NCBI GenBank assembly: GCA_036679605.1
Contig: JAZDCZ010000422.1
Coordinates: 1-17,707 of the forward strand
Source: Gemmatimonadota bacterium
GTDB lineage: Bacteria > Gemmatimonadota > Gemmatimonadetes > Gemmatimonadales > GWC2-71-9
Length of the DNA stretch: 17,707 bases
Direction of reading: 5' to 3'
The position numbers and the translations under genes were made by a program. Positions 7,512 through 16,400 of this stretch are shown one piece after another (the stretch's first letter is position 1; every line of letters begins with the position of its first letter). The notes under the pieces were generated by a model. That model had not been told where the DNA came from. It did no database searches and saw only the letters and a list, made by a program, of their open reading frames with translations.

Positions 7512-8741
7512 CTAAATCCACTCCTGACAAAACTGCACCACTTCCAGCTCCGCGCCGGCGCTGAGTGACGTGGTCCCGCGTGGAATGACCAGGAATCCGT
7601 CTGCGTGCAGCAGTGCTGTCAAATCGGCGGAGCCGCGGTAGGCCACGGTTGCAGCCCAACCGTCCCGCGAGATCCGACAGGGAACGAACTCCGTTCGGTC
7701 ACCCGATTCTCTTGAGAAGCCGGTGGTCAGACGAAACCTAGATCGTTCCCGCGCGCCGGTGCTACCGCTCAAACGCGCCGCCGCGCGCAGGACGAACAGA
7801 TCAAAAGTCAGGTAAGCTGCCACGGGATTGCCCGGAAGGCCGAACACGAGAGCGCCATCACCCGTGGCGAACGTCGTTGGCTTGCCCGGCTTCAGCGCCA
7901 GGCGCGAAAACTGTATCTGCAATCCGCAAGCGACCATCGCTTCGGGGACGAGATCAAAATCGCCGACCGAAACACCGCCGGTGAGTACGACGATGTCGGC
8001 TTCGCGCCGCGCATGCTGTAGGGCCGCGACGATCGCTGAAAGCTCATCTGGAACGCGCACCGCGCTGAACAATTCCAAGCCGCGCTCGCGCGCCAGCTCT
8101 GAAATCAGCGGGCCGTTGGTGTTTATGATCCTGCCTGGACGCAACTCCGCGACGGAATCCACGATCTCATGGCCAGTCGAGATAATCGCTAGCCGCACGC
8201 GCCGCGTTACCTCTACCTCGGACACGCCGCACCCAATCAGGCACGCCATTTCCAAGGGCCCCAGTCGGCTTCCGGCTGGCAGGATAGTTTTTCCCTGCGC
8301 GACGTTTTCGCCGCGCCGGCGGATGTTGGTCGCTGCAGGTGCGTCCCGAAATTGTACGCGCCCGTCTTGCTCGAAGGCGTGCTCAACCATGACCACCCGC
8401 GCTGTGCCGCGAGGAATCGGAGCGCCGGTCATGACTTTGACGACGTGGCCCGGTGCTAGTGCGGCGCCCTCGCGCTCGCCTGCCGTCGTCGTGTCCGCAA
8501 GGATGTACGCCGCGTGTTCGTCGTCTGCGCGGACCGCGTATCCGTCTACGGCCGCATTGTCGAACGGGGGCAGGTCGAGTTGGGATTTCTCATCGGATGC
8601 GAGGATGCGGCCACCCGCGTGTCGCACGGGTACGGTTTCGCTGGGCATTCGCCAGCCCGCTACGCTGCGGTCCACGGCTTCCAGAGCTTCCTCGAGCGAC
8701 AGCAGGGCGGAGCGCTGACCGGATCCGGAACCTCGGCTCAC
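7512..8741 (-). CDS. moeA: Molybdopterin molybdenumtransferase MoeA
   Basis: Motifs: PPFDNAAVDGYAV, VMTGAPIP, STGHEI, TGGVSVGDFD, KPGKP, GLPGNP. The start is uncertain: GTG 8741 gives a typical ~409 aa, while ATG 8885 has a GGAGG RBS. The stop abuts the moaA ATG. Confidence 0.93.
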   Translation of the reverse strand: MSRGSGSGQRSALLSLEEALEAVDRSVAGWRMPSETVPVRHAGGRILASDEKSQLDLPPFDNAAVDGYAVRADDEHAAYILADTTTAGEREGAALAPGHVVKVMTGAPIPRGTARVVMVEHAFEQDGRVQFRDAPAATNIRRRGENVAQGKTILPAGSRLGPLEMACLIGCGVSEVEVTRRVRLAIISTGHEIVDSVAELRPGRIINTNGPLISELARERGLELFSAVRVPDELSAIVAALQHARREADIVVLTGGVSVGDFDLVPEAMVACGLQIQFSRLALKPGKPTTFATGDGALVFGLPGNPVAAYLTFDLFVLRAAARLSGSTGARERSRFRLTTGFSRESGDRTEFVPCRISRDGWAATVAYRGSADLTALLHADGFLVIPRGTTSLSAGAELEVVQFCQEWI

Positions 8742-8863
8742 TGAATCGTGCCGGTTGGCGTTCTGCCCGATAGCGGTCTGCTGTTCCGATGGCGGTTGGG
8801 GATCTTGGGGACGATCAGAGACCGCGTGTCGCCCCTGCAGCAGGTCGTCGCAAACCCGAAGAG

Positions 8864-8887
8864 CGATATGTTCCGAAAGGCACATCG
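8864..8887. promoter_or_regulatory. Candidate ModE-type operator upstream of moeA
   Basis: CGATATGTT-CCGAAA-GGCACATCG is an imperfect palindrome with the CG-N20-CG geometry of ModE boxes (ATCGNTATATA-N6-TATATANCGAT). It shares AGCGATATG-N10-CACAWCG with the site at 11359-11382. Confidence 0.65.
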
Positions 8888-8977
8888 TGCCCTCCAAGAA
8901 AGCTGCATCCGCTCTCCGACCGCAGTGCCAAACTGTGTTTGGCGGCTTAAACGTCGCCCAGAATGGGCTACAGCTAC

Positions 8978-9006
8978 CATATAAGGATTCCGGTAGTGCT
9001 TTGCAA
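8978..9006 (-). promoter_or_regulatory. Candidate sigma70 promoter for the moeA operon
   Basis: Minus strand: TTGCAA (9006-9001), a 17-bp spacer, then TATATG (8983-8978). Confidence 0.4.
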
Positions 9007-9012
9007 GGGTTT

Positions 9013-9030
9013 TTGTGAAATAATTCACAA
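9013..9030. promoter_or_regulatory. Rex-type operator palindrome (also fits the CRP core)
   Basis: TTGTGAA-ATAA-TTCACAA is a perfect match to the Rex consensus TTGTGAA-N4-TTCACAA. The palindrome extends to 9011-9032 and sits in the AT-rich divergent moeA/modE region. Confidence 0.75.
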
Positions 9031-9052
9031 AATGTCATTCGGACGATATACT
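9024..9052 (+). promoter_or_regulatory. Candidate sigma70 promoter for the modE-like gene
   Basis: TTCACA (9024-9029), a 17-bp spacer, then TATACT (9047-9052). The -35 box overlaps the right half of the Rex-type palindrome. Confidence 0.55.
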
Positions 9053-9134
9053 AGTACTGAGCACCGAGGTCTAGCTCGGTCTTCTTGCCCCGATCGTGGC
9101 ACGGATTCGACCGGCGAAATTGGGGAGGCCGATC

Positions 9135-9614
9135 ATGGGCAGGACCCATCCCGGCCCGCGAACAGGCCAGCCGTTAACACTCAATGATGCGTCAAATGAG
9201 CAGTGGGAGGGCCGCCTGCGTCTGTGGATCAGCGTGGGCGGACGCAACGCGCTCGGTCCAGGTAAGGTCCGCCTTCTCGACGCCATCGATGCCACCCGGT
9301 CTTTGGCGGCCGCCGCCAAGAGGCTTGGCATGAGTTATCGCTTGGCGTGGAAGCACCTCCGGCTCATGGAAGAATGGACGCACATGGCCGTGGTTGAACC
9401 GCGACGCGGTGGGCGCGACGGCGGGGGAACCGTCCTCACCCCGGAAGGACGCGCACTGCTTGCCGCTTATCACGCGTTTCGCAGCGACATGGACGCGCAC
9501 ATGCGCTCCTCATTCAACCGCCGGTTCGCGGTTTGGTCTTCCCAACCACGCCCCGATACGAGCACTGCGGGACCGCCTGCTGATGAAACGGGCGGTGCCG
9601 GTTTCGGATCGTGA
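9135..9614 (+). CDS. modE: ModE-family winged-helix regulator, N-terminal domain only (no TOBE/molybdate-binding domain)
   Basis: LRLWI...LGPGKVRLLDAIDATRSLAAAAKRLGMSYRLAW...RGGRDGGGTVLTPEG is the ModE HTH signature. A GGGGAGG RBS precedes ATG 9135. Confidence 0.88.
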   Translation: MGRTHPGPRTGQPLTLNDASNEQWEGRLRLWISVGGRNALGPGKVRLLDAIDATRSLAAAAKRLGMSYRLAWKHLRLMEEWTHMAVVEPRRGGRDGGGTVLTPEGRALLAAYHAFRSDMDAHMRSSFNRRFAVWSSQPRPDTSTAGPPADETGGAGFGS

Positions 9615-9645
9615 CGCTCGCGACAACCCGCCGAGTACGTAGGGC

Positions 9646-10290
9646 TCAGACCTTCGCGTGGGTTAACGCCGCGCCCATGCGCCCCAGCATTCCCTGATCT
9701 GACTGCTGCGACGTTGTATCGACCGGCCAAGTGAACAGCGGGCATAACAAAGGAAACGTCTGCCGCAGGCGCGCAGCCTCCTGGACTCCGCATCCGTCGG
9801 GATCGCTCGTATGAATCACAAGGTCGGTCACCTGGTGTAATACTGCCGCCGTGGCAGGCTTCATTTCACGAATCGGCGGGCGCGTGACCAGCATGACGAC
9901 CGCCGGCTGCATCAGCAGCGCGGCGCTCGAGCTCTCGACGACGATCGCCACCTCCTTGGGAAAACGATCAAGGGCGGCCTGCAGCCCGTCCGTAATGTCG
10001 CGGCCCCGATGCCGGAGTCGTTCCACGTGGAGGGCGCCCGCGGCCAGATACAAGGCGGTGTCCTTGCCCGGCCGGACAAGCTCTTCAGGGTTCTCGAAGT
10101 GGTAATCGGTTGCGGTGTCCGCGTCCGCGGCGCCCTCACCAACAGGATGCTCGTAGGCCGGGCTAATCTTCAAACAACCGAATCCGCCCAGTTGTTTGAG
10201 CAGGTAGATTACGAACGCGGTCTTTCCGGAACCCGAGTGGGGACCCACTACGGAAACGATGGTGCGACCGGCGCCTGGCCGGCTACGCAT
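9646..10290 (-). CDS. MobB-like P-loop NTPase (molybdopterin-guanine dinucleotide biosynthesis-associated)
   Basis: Motifs: IVSVVGPHSGSGKT (Walker A), GKDTALYLAAGA, IVVES. ATG 10290 overlaps the end of fdhD, suggesting translational coupling. Confidence 0.7.
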   Translation of the reverse strand: MRSRPGAGRTIVSVVGPHSGSGKTAFVIYLLKQLGGFGCLKISPAYEHPVGEGAADADTATDYHFENPEELVRPGKDTALYLAAGALHVERLRHRGRDITDGLQAALDRFPKEVAIVVESSSAALLMQPAVVMLVTRPPIREMKPATAAVLHQVTDLVIHTSDPDGCGVQEAARLRQTFPLLCPLFTWPVDTTSQQSDQGMLGRMGAALTHAKV

Positions 10291-11134
10291 CGTTCGCCGC
10301 CACACGTTGGTATCCGGTATAGACATTGAGGCGCTGGCCTCGAAGAAACCCAACGAGGGTCAACCCGAAACGACGCGCCCACTGTACGCCCATCGCAGTT
10401 GGCGCGGACGACGACGCCAGCACGGGCACGCCGTGTGCGATGGCCTTGCCCACGATCTCGGCCGAAAGCCGGCCGGTCGTGAGGGCGATGCGCTGCGAGA
10501 GATCCATGCGGCATTGCAGGGCCTTACCGGCGACCTTGTCGAACGCGTTGTGCCGGCCCACGTCCTCCGCAAACAGCAAGACTTGATCGAGGCTCGCGAT
10601 TCCGCAGGCATGTACCCCTCCCGTCTCGCGATAAAGCTTGCTCTGCCGGCTGAACGCGCGGCCCAGGTCGGTCAACTGGGAAGCGCGGACTACAAGCGGA
10701 CTGTCGAGCGGCTGGCATTCCGCGAGCAGCGAAGTGTCCCGCGCCGTTCCGCCACCACCACAGCCGGTTCCGAAAGTCCATCTTTGATGAATGCTATCGA
10801 CCGCGTCATCGTCGAAGACTCCCGTGCAGACAACCCGTCCGGCGGCGGCGTCAAAGCGCACATCGGGAAGTATCCGGCGCGTCCGCCACAATCCCTCGGA
10901 AACGAGAAACCCCAGCGCCAGCGCCTCGACATCCTCGGGCAAGGCAAGCATGGCGAGTAAGGGCACGCCGTTGAGCACCAACTCGATGCGCCGTTCCTTG
11001 ACCACGGTGTCGTACAGCGCTTCGTGCTGCCCGGAACGGGAGAAGCGGCGGATGGGCCAGGTGGTGGTCCGCTCCGTGTCGCCGGCGGGCGCCGTCGTCG
11101 TCGGGAGTGCCTCAGTCTGTTGTCCGTCTGGCAT
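10283..11134 (-). CDS. fdhD: Formate dehydrogenase accessory sulfurtransferase FdhD
   Basis: Motifs: LALGFLVSEG, GTGCGGG, YRETGGVHA, EDVGRHNAFDKVAG, TTGRLSAEIV.KA, LVGFLRG. The likely start is ATG 11134. Confidence 0.95.
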   Translation of the reverse strand: MPDGQQTEALPTTTAPAGDTERTTTWPIRRFSRSGQHEALYDTVVKERRIELVLNGVPLLAMLALPEDVEALALGFLVSEGLWRTRRILPDVRFDAAAGRVVCTGVFDDDAVDSIHQRWTFGTGCGGGGTARDTSLLAECQPLDSPLVVRASQLTDLGRAFSRQSKLYRETGGVHACGIASLDQVLLFAEDVGRHNAFDKVAGKALQCRMDLSQRIALTTGRLSAEIVGKAIAHGVPVLASSSAPTAMGVQWARRFGLTLVGFLRGQRLNVYTGYQRVAANDA

Positions 11135-11358
11135 GTCCTGCTCGCGACCGCATGTTTGTGGCAGCGCTGGGGAGTTGCCATCGAGTATACCGAGCGCGCC
11201 GTCGCACACCAACCGTCGCGGCCGGCAATTATCGATGGAGTAGCGCGCACCGACCGGCCCGCATTCAGCCGCACTTTATCGCAGCTTTGATTGCAGCATC
11301 CGCTGATTGGGAAAAACAACGTTTACCAGTGGGCGCCGCCGTCGTCGCGGGGGCAAAG

Positions 11359-11382
11359 CGATATGCTTGGCAAAACACAACG
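11359..11382. promoter_or_regulatory. Candidate ModE-type operator between fdhD and fdhA
   Basis: CGATATGCT-TGGCAA-AACACAACG has the CG-N20-CG geometry and the same AGCGATATG-N10-CACAWCG pattern as 8864-8887. Confidence 0.65.
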
Positions 11383-11421
11383 GAACTCCTTATGCAGCAG
11401 CTACTTACAACGATTATTGGC

Positions 11422-11450
11422 TTGACGTTAAAGCCCTAGTAGGCGATACT
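11422..11450 (+). promoter_or_regulatory. Candidate sigma70 promoter of the fdh operon
   Basis: TTGACG (11422-11427), a 17-bp spacer, then GATACT (11445-11450). Confidence 0.55.
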
Positions 11451-11680
11451 TAGAACGGCCGGTCAGGGATCACACGCGCAGTGCGGATCAGGAGCGCGCT
11501 CCGTGGTCGACGCCAACCCATCACCGGCGACACCCAATCGTAGGTTCCGTGCAAACACCGACACTGCATCCCGCTCCCGGTTAAGCGGTGCCAGTTTCAT
11601 GTCACTCCGTGATGATTTCCCTGAAACAGCTCGACGGTCGCAGCCGCAGGGGTCACTTCTTGTCGAGATAGGAGGCGACG

Positions 11681-14600
11681 ATGCTCGTCACACGTAGAGA
11701 TTTTCTCAGGGTCACTGCGGCATCCGCCGGAGTGGCCGCCATCGGCATGGGCTTCGGGTTCGCCCCCGTTGAAGCGCATGCGGCAAGACTCCGCAAGAAT
11801 CTCCAGGAGGCCACGCGCACCACGACGATATGTCCGTTCTGTGCTGTGGGCTGCGGGTTTGTCGTCCATGCCTCCGGTGGCAAGGTCATCAACATCGAAG
11901 GTGACTCAGACCACCCGATCAACGAGGGGACGGCCTGCTCGAAGGGTTCCTCCATCTTTCAGATGGCGAACAACGACAATCGGCTCACGAACGTGCGCTA
12001 TCGGGCGCCGTTCGCTACCGAATGGACGGAGATGGGCATGGGCGATGCCATCTCCATGATTGCCCAGCGCATCCAGGCGACGCGGGACGCGACGTTCGAG
12101 ACGGTCAATGCCGGCGGAGCCACGGTCAACCGCACGCTCGGTATCGGATCGCTCGGCAGCGCCGCGATGGACAACGAGGAATGTTGGCTATACCAGAAGT
12201 TCTTGAGGGCGCTCGGCCTGGTGTATATTGAACACCAGGCCAGGAACTGACACTCTGCCACTGTCGCCAGTCTGGCGACCGGATTCGGCAGAGGGGCCAT
12301 GACCAACCACTGGATCGACATCAAGAACAGCGATGTCATCCTGATCATGGGCTCGAACGCGGCTGAGAATCATCCCATCTCCTTCCGTTGGGTCACCGAA
12401 GCCCGCGTCAACAACAACGCCACGCTGATCAGCGTCGATCCCCGCTTCACCCGTACCTCCAGTCGGGCAGATATCTACGCCCCGCTGCGGAGCGGGACGG
12501 ATATCGCGTTTCTCGGCGGCATGCTGAACTACATCCTCGAGAACGACCTGATCCACACCGAGTACGTCGTGGAATACACCAACGCGGCGTATCTCGTCGA
12601 CGAGGACTTCAGCTTTGATCCCGCCACGGGTCTGTTCAGCGGCTATGACGCGACCAACCGGAAGTACGACACCACCTCGTGGAACTTCCAAACCGACGCG
12701 ACCGGCGTCATCCTGCGGGACAAGACGCTCGAGGATCCGCGCTGCGTCTATCAGATCCTCAAGGAACACTACCGGCGCTACACGCTCGCGAAGGTCTCGA
12801 GCATCACCGGCACGCCGCAGGACAAGCTGCTCGAGGTCTATAAGGTTTACGTCGAGCGGTCGTACCAGCCCGGGACCTCCGGAACCATCATGTATGCCAT
12901 GGGCTGGACGCAACACACCGTGGGCGCCCAGAACATCCGGACGATGTCCATGATCCAGCTCTTGCTGGGCAACATCGGCGTGGCGGGCGGCGGCGTCAAC
13001 GCCTTGCGCGGTGAATCCAACGTGCAGGGTTCGACGGACCATTGTCTGCTCTTCCACATCCTGCCGGGATACCTCAAGACGCCGGAGGAGCAGTACCCGA
13101 CGCTGGCGGACTACAACGGGAAATGGGCACCGACGGCCCGACCGACCCCGCCGGGCGAACCGTTGAGCGCCAACTGGTGGGGCAACTATCCCAAGTACAT
13201 CACCAGTTACCTGAAGAGCATGTACGGCGACGCCGCGACCGCGGCCAATGACTTCGGGTATGGGTGGCTGCCCAAGCGCGATGCCGGCGGGAACTACGCG
13301 TGGCAGCCGATGTTTGACGCCATGTACAACGGGACCGTCAAGGGCTTCTTCGCCTGGGGTCAGAATCCCGCCAACAGCAGCGCCAACGCCAACAAGGTTC
13401 GCCAGGCATTGGCCAAGCTCGATTGGCTGGTGACCGTCAACATTTACCCGACCGAGACCGCCGAGTTCTGGCGTGGCCCGGATATGGATCCCGCCTCCGT
13501 CGGTACTGAGGTGTTCCAGTTACCCTGTGCCTCTTCTGTCGAGAAGGAGGGCAGCATCACGAACTCGGGTCGCTGGGCGCAATGGCGCTTCAAGGCGATT
13601 GAACCGCCGGGCGACGCAATGCCTGATTCCGAGATCATGGACCAGTTGTACACCGCAGTGAAGGCGCTCTACGACGCCGGCGGCGTGTTCCCCGATCCCA
13701 TTCAGAATCTCAAGTGGGATTACTTCACCGGCGCAGAATTGCCTGCGCGCTTAATCGCCAAGGAGATCAACGGGTACTTCCTCGAGGACTATGAGGAAGC
13801 GGACGGCACGCTGCGTCAGGCGGGCGACTTGGTGCCCAGCTTTTCCAAGCTGCGCGATGACGGCAAAACTTCGTCGGGCAACTGGCTGTACTGCAACTCG
13901 TATACCGATCACGACTTTAACGTGGGCAACAAGATGGCGCGCCGCATCGCCGAGACCACCGGGATCGGTTTGAACCCAGAGTGGTCCTGGTGTTGGCCGG
14001 TCAATCGACGCATCGTCTACAACCGGGCAAGCGTGGACCTCACCGGTCAACCTTACGATGCAGCCACGCCGGTCATCTCGTGGGACGGCGAGAAGTGGGT
14101 GGGCGACGTGCCCGACGGTGGCTGGCCGCCCATGGATCAGGGCGAGGCGTCCAGGCTACCCTTCATCATGCAGCCGGATGGCGTGGGCAAAGCATTCGCC
14201 AACGTTACGGGCGCGTCCACCAACGACGGTCCTGTTCCCGAGCACTACGAACCGTTCGAGTCGCCGTTGGCCGCCAACCCGATGGGCCACACGAGTCGCG
14301 TCAATCCCGTCGCGTTTGTTCCGCCCGCGGCAGAGATGAATCCGCTGGCGGAACCGGGCGGTGCCGACTTTCCTATCGTGGCCACCAGCTATCGCATGGT
14401 GGAGCACTGGCAAACGGGCGTGATGAGTCGATGGGCACCCTGGCTCAACGAGTTGCAACCGGAAATGTGGGTCGAGATGTCCGAGGAGCTCGCCGCGGAG
14501 AAAAGCATCGCCAATGGCGATCGCGTCCGCGTACGGAGCATCCGCGGTGAAATCAAAGCCGTGGCTATCGTCACGAAACGGTTCAAGCCCTTCAACATTC

Positions 14601-14773
14601 AGGGCCAAACCGTTCATGAGGTCGGCCTGCCCTGGTGCTACGGGTGGGCGGCTCCGGTTCGTGATCCCGCCCGGGTCAGCAACGCCAATCTGCTCACGCC
14701 GAACGTGGGCGATCCCAATACGCGTATCCCGGAAAGCAAGGCATTCATGGTCGACGTGGTGAAGGAGGCATAA
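11681..14773 (+). CDS. fdnG: Tat-exported selenocysteine-containing formate dehydrogenase alpha subunit (FdnG/FdhA type, Mo/W-bisPGD), 1030 aa with Sec at codon 190
   Basis: It has a GGAGG RBS, a Tat motif TRRDFL and a 4Fe-4S motif CPFCAVGC...CSKG. EHQARN-[TGA 12248-12250]-HSATVASLATGFGRGAMTNHW joins ORFs 11681-12250 and 12299-14773 in the same frame. Further motifs are ALRGESNVQG, WPVNRRIVYNRAS and PESKAFMV. Confidence 0.97.
12248..12279 (+). promoter_or_regulatory. Selenocysteine UGA codon and bacterial SECIS hairpin
   Basis: TGA, 12 nt, then GTCGCC-AGTCT-GGCGAC (12263-12279). This is a perfect stem with a GU-containing loop at the position expected for fdnG/fdhF-type SECIS elements. Confidence 0.9.
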
Positions 14774-14776
14774 GCG

Positions 14777-15430
14777 ATGGCCAGCGGAAAGTCTTTCCTG
14801 ATCGACACGACCAAGTGCTTCGCTTGCCGCTCCTGCCAAGTGGCGTGCAAGCAATGGAACGAACTCTCAGCCGAGGCGGAAGTCCCCATCAATCGCGGCA
14901 GCTATGAGAATCCGCCGGATCTGTCCCACACCCAGTGGGTGCTGATCCATTTCAAGGAGTCCGACCGTCCGGACGGATCCTTCGCATGGAACTTCGTGCG
15001 CAACTCGTGCCGGCACTGTATCGATGCGCCCTGCCGGCAGGCAGCAGACAACAAGGACGCGATCCTCGTTGACGAGGAAACCGGCGCGGTCCTCTTCCAA
15101 GAGGAAACCAAAAACGAGAACTTCGAGAGTATCCGCCGAAGTTGCCCGTTCAACATCCCGCGCCGCGATCCCGCCACGGGACAGATGTTCAAGTGCGTCA
15201 TGTGCGAAGATCGGGTGCGCGATGGGGAATTGCCAGCCTGTGCCAAGGCCTGCCCGAGCGACGCCATTGTCTTCGGCGAGCGCGACGAGATCCTCGCCCA
15301 GGCGGATGCGCGCGTGGCGGTGCTGCAGGATGAATTCCCGCAGGCGCGCATTCTGGACCGCAGGGACGTGCGACTGCTCATCCTGCTGGCGGATCCGGCT
15401 GAGGCGTACACGCTGCGCGCGGGCTCCTAG
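14777..15430 (+). CDS. fdhB: Formate dehydrogenase iron-sulfur (beta) subunit, soluble Desulfovibrio FdhB type
   Basis: Motifs: CFACRSCQVAC, CRHCIDAPC, a degenerate third motif (IRRSCPFNIP), CVMCEDR..PACAKACP. There is no C-terminal transmembrane anchor. Confidence 0.93.
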   Translation: MASGKSFLIDTTKCFACRSCQVACKQWNELSAEAEVPINRGSYENPPDLSHTQWVLIHFKESDRPDGSFAWNFVRNSCRHCIDAPCRQAADNKDAILVDEETGAVLFQEETKNENFESIRRSCPFNIPRRDPATGQMFKCVMCEDRVRDGELPACAKACPSDAIVFGERDEILAQADARVAVLQDEFPQARILDRRDVRLLILLADPAEAYTLRAGS

Positions 15431-15453
15431 GCAACTTGGTTCGAGAATGCATC

Positions 15454-16380
15454 ATGGACTGTTCCACGTGTTCGACCGTGACCCCGGCACCCACCGCCGA
15501 CCAGCTCCGGCGGCGCGCCAAGACCATCATCCAGGCGCGCCCCGGGTACGGTGAGATGGTGACCTTCTACCTGCCGGTCTTCTGCCGGCAGGTCGAATGG
15601 CGCGACCGGGTCATCGCCCATCCGGAACAGGTCGACGAAACCGACCTGCGCTCGACCCTGAGCGAGGGCACGCCGCTGGCCCAACGATTTGACCCGGGCA
15701 TCGCCGTTCAAAGCATGCTGGATCTCTGGACGGAAATGAAGGCGCTCTTTCGCGCGGGCAACAAGGTGCTTGCACACGCGGTTGAATGGATCGAGACCGC
15801 CGAAGCAAGCGGCGCGTTCCTGCCCGCCCCTTGGTTGCTCGAACAGCGTCCGGAGCGCAGCGCCCTGGTCGCGGAGGCGAGCTACGTCATCGGTATCGAA
15901 GAAACGATTATGGCGACACTGGGCCGTGCAGTGACCCTGCCGCATTGGTCATGCGTGGCCCGAGCTTGGGTGGTGAACGGCCTGCTGAAACACTGGCGCC
16001 GTTGCGCCTGTCCGGTGTGTGGCGGTCCGCCGGGACTCGTAGAGACGCGCGGGGATGGCAGCGCCCGGGACGGCGTCACTGCAGCGGTTCGGCGTTACCA
16101 CCACTGTTCATTCTGCGGTACCCGTTGGGCGGTCCCGTCCATGGCGTGCCCGTCCTGTGGTTCGACCCGGAAGGGCGACGCGCGGTACCTCTTCACACGC
16201 GAGGAGCCCGAGCTGCGCATCGATTATTGCGCGTCGTGCCACCGCTACAGCAAGACCGTCGACGGCGACAAAATACCCGGGCCGGTACACGTGGGATTGG
16301 AAATGCTGACGACAGCCCATCTGGATGTCATGGCGCGGGACAAAGACTTGCAGCCATTGGAGATACCCAATACCGACTGA
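15454..16380 (+). CDS. fdhE: Formate dehydrogenase maturation protein FdhE
   Basis: Motifs: CPVCG, R..HCSFCGTRW, CPSCG, IDYCASCHRYSK, HLDVMA. The likely start is ATG 15454. Confidence 0.9.
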   Translation: MDCSTCSTVTPAPTADQLRRRAKTIIQARPGYGEMVTFYLPVFCRQVEWRDRVIAHPEQVDETDLRSTLSEGTPLAQRFDPGIAVQSMLDLWTEMKALFRAGNKVLAHAVEWIETAEASGAFLPAPWLLEQRPERSALVAEASYVIGIEETIMATLGRAVTLPHWSCVARAWVVNGLLKHWRRCACPVCGGPPGLVETRGDGSARDGVTAAVRRYHHCSFCGTRWAVPSMACPSCGSTRKGDARYLFTREEPELRIDYCASCHRYSKTVDGDKIPGPVHVGLEMLTTAHLDVMARDKDLQPLEIPNTD

Positions 16381-16400
16381 TTCTTCTGGAGATATGCGTG

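Noticed and set aside
8927..8943. Hairpin GCCAAAC-TGT-GTTTGGC in the moeA leader as part of a Moco riboswitch
   Set aside because: It is an isolated 7-bp stem, and the remaining Moco-motif features are not recognisable.
9044..9066. Third ModE-like box CGATATACTAGTACTGAGCACCG over the modE -10
   Set aside because: The left half-site is good, but the spacing is CG-N19-CG and the right half is poor. Autoregulation is possible but not supported well enough.
12248..12298. fdhA as a nonsense pseudogene or two separate genes
   Set aside because: The TGA sits at the conserved Sec position, the frame is maintained and a SECIS hairpin follows.
15786..16400. First 205 aa of the 410-aa ORF, as a possible overlapping gene or fusion with the cytochrome
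   Set aside because: It is an off-frame overlap with fdhE. The cytochrome has its own RBS, ATG (16401) and signal peptide.
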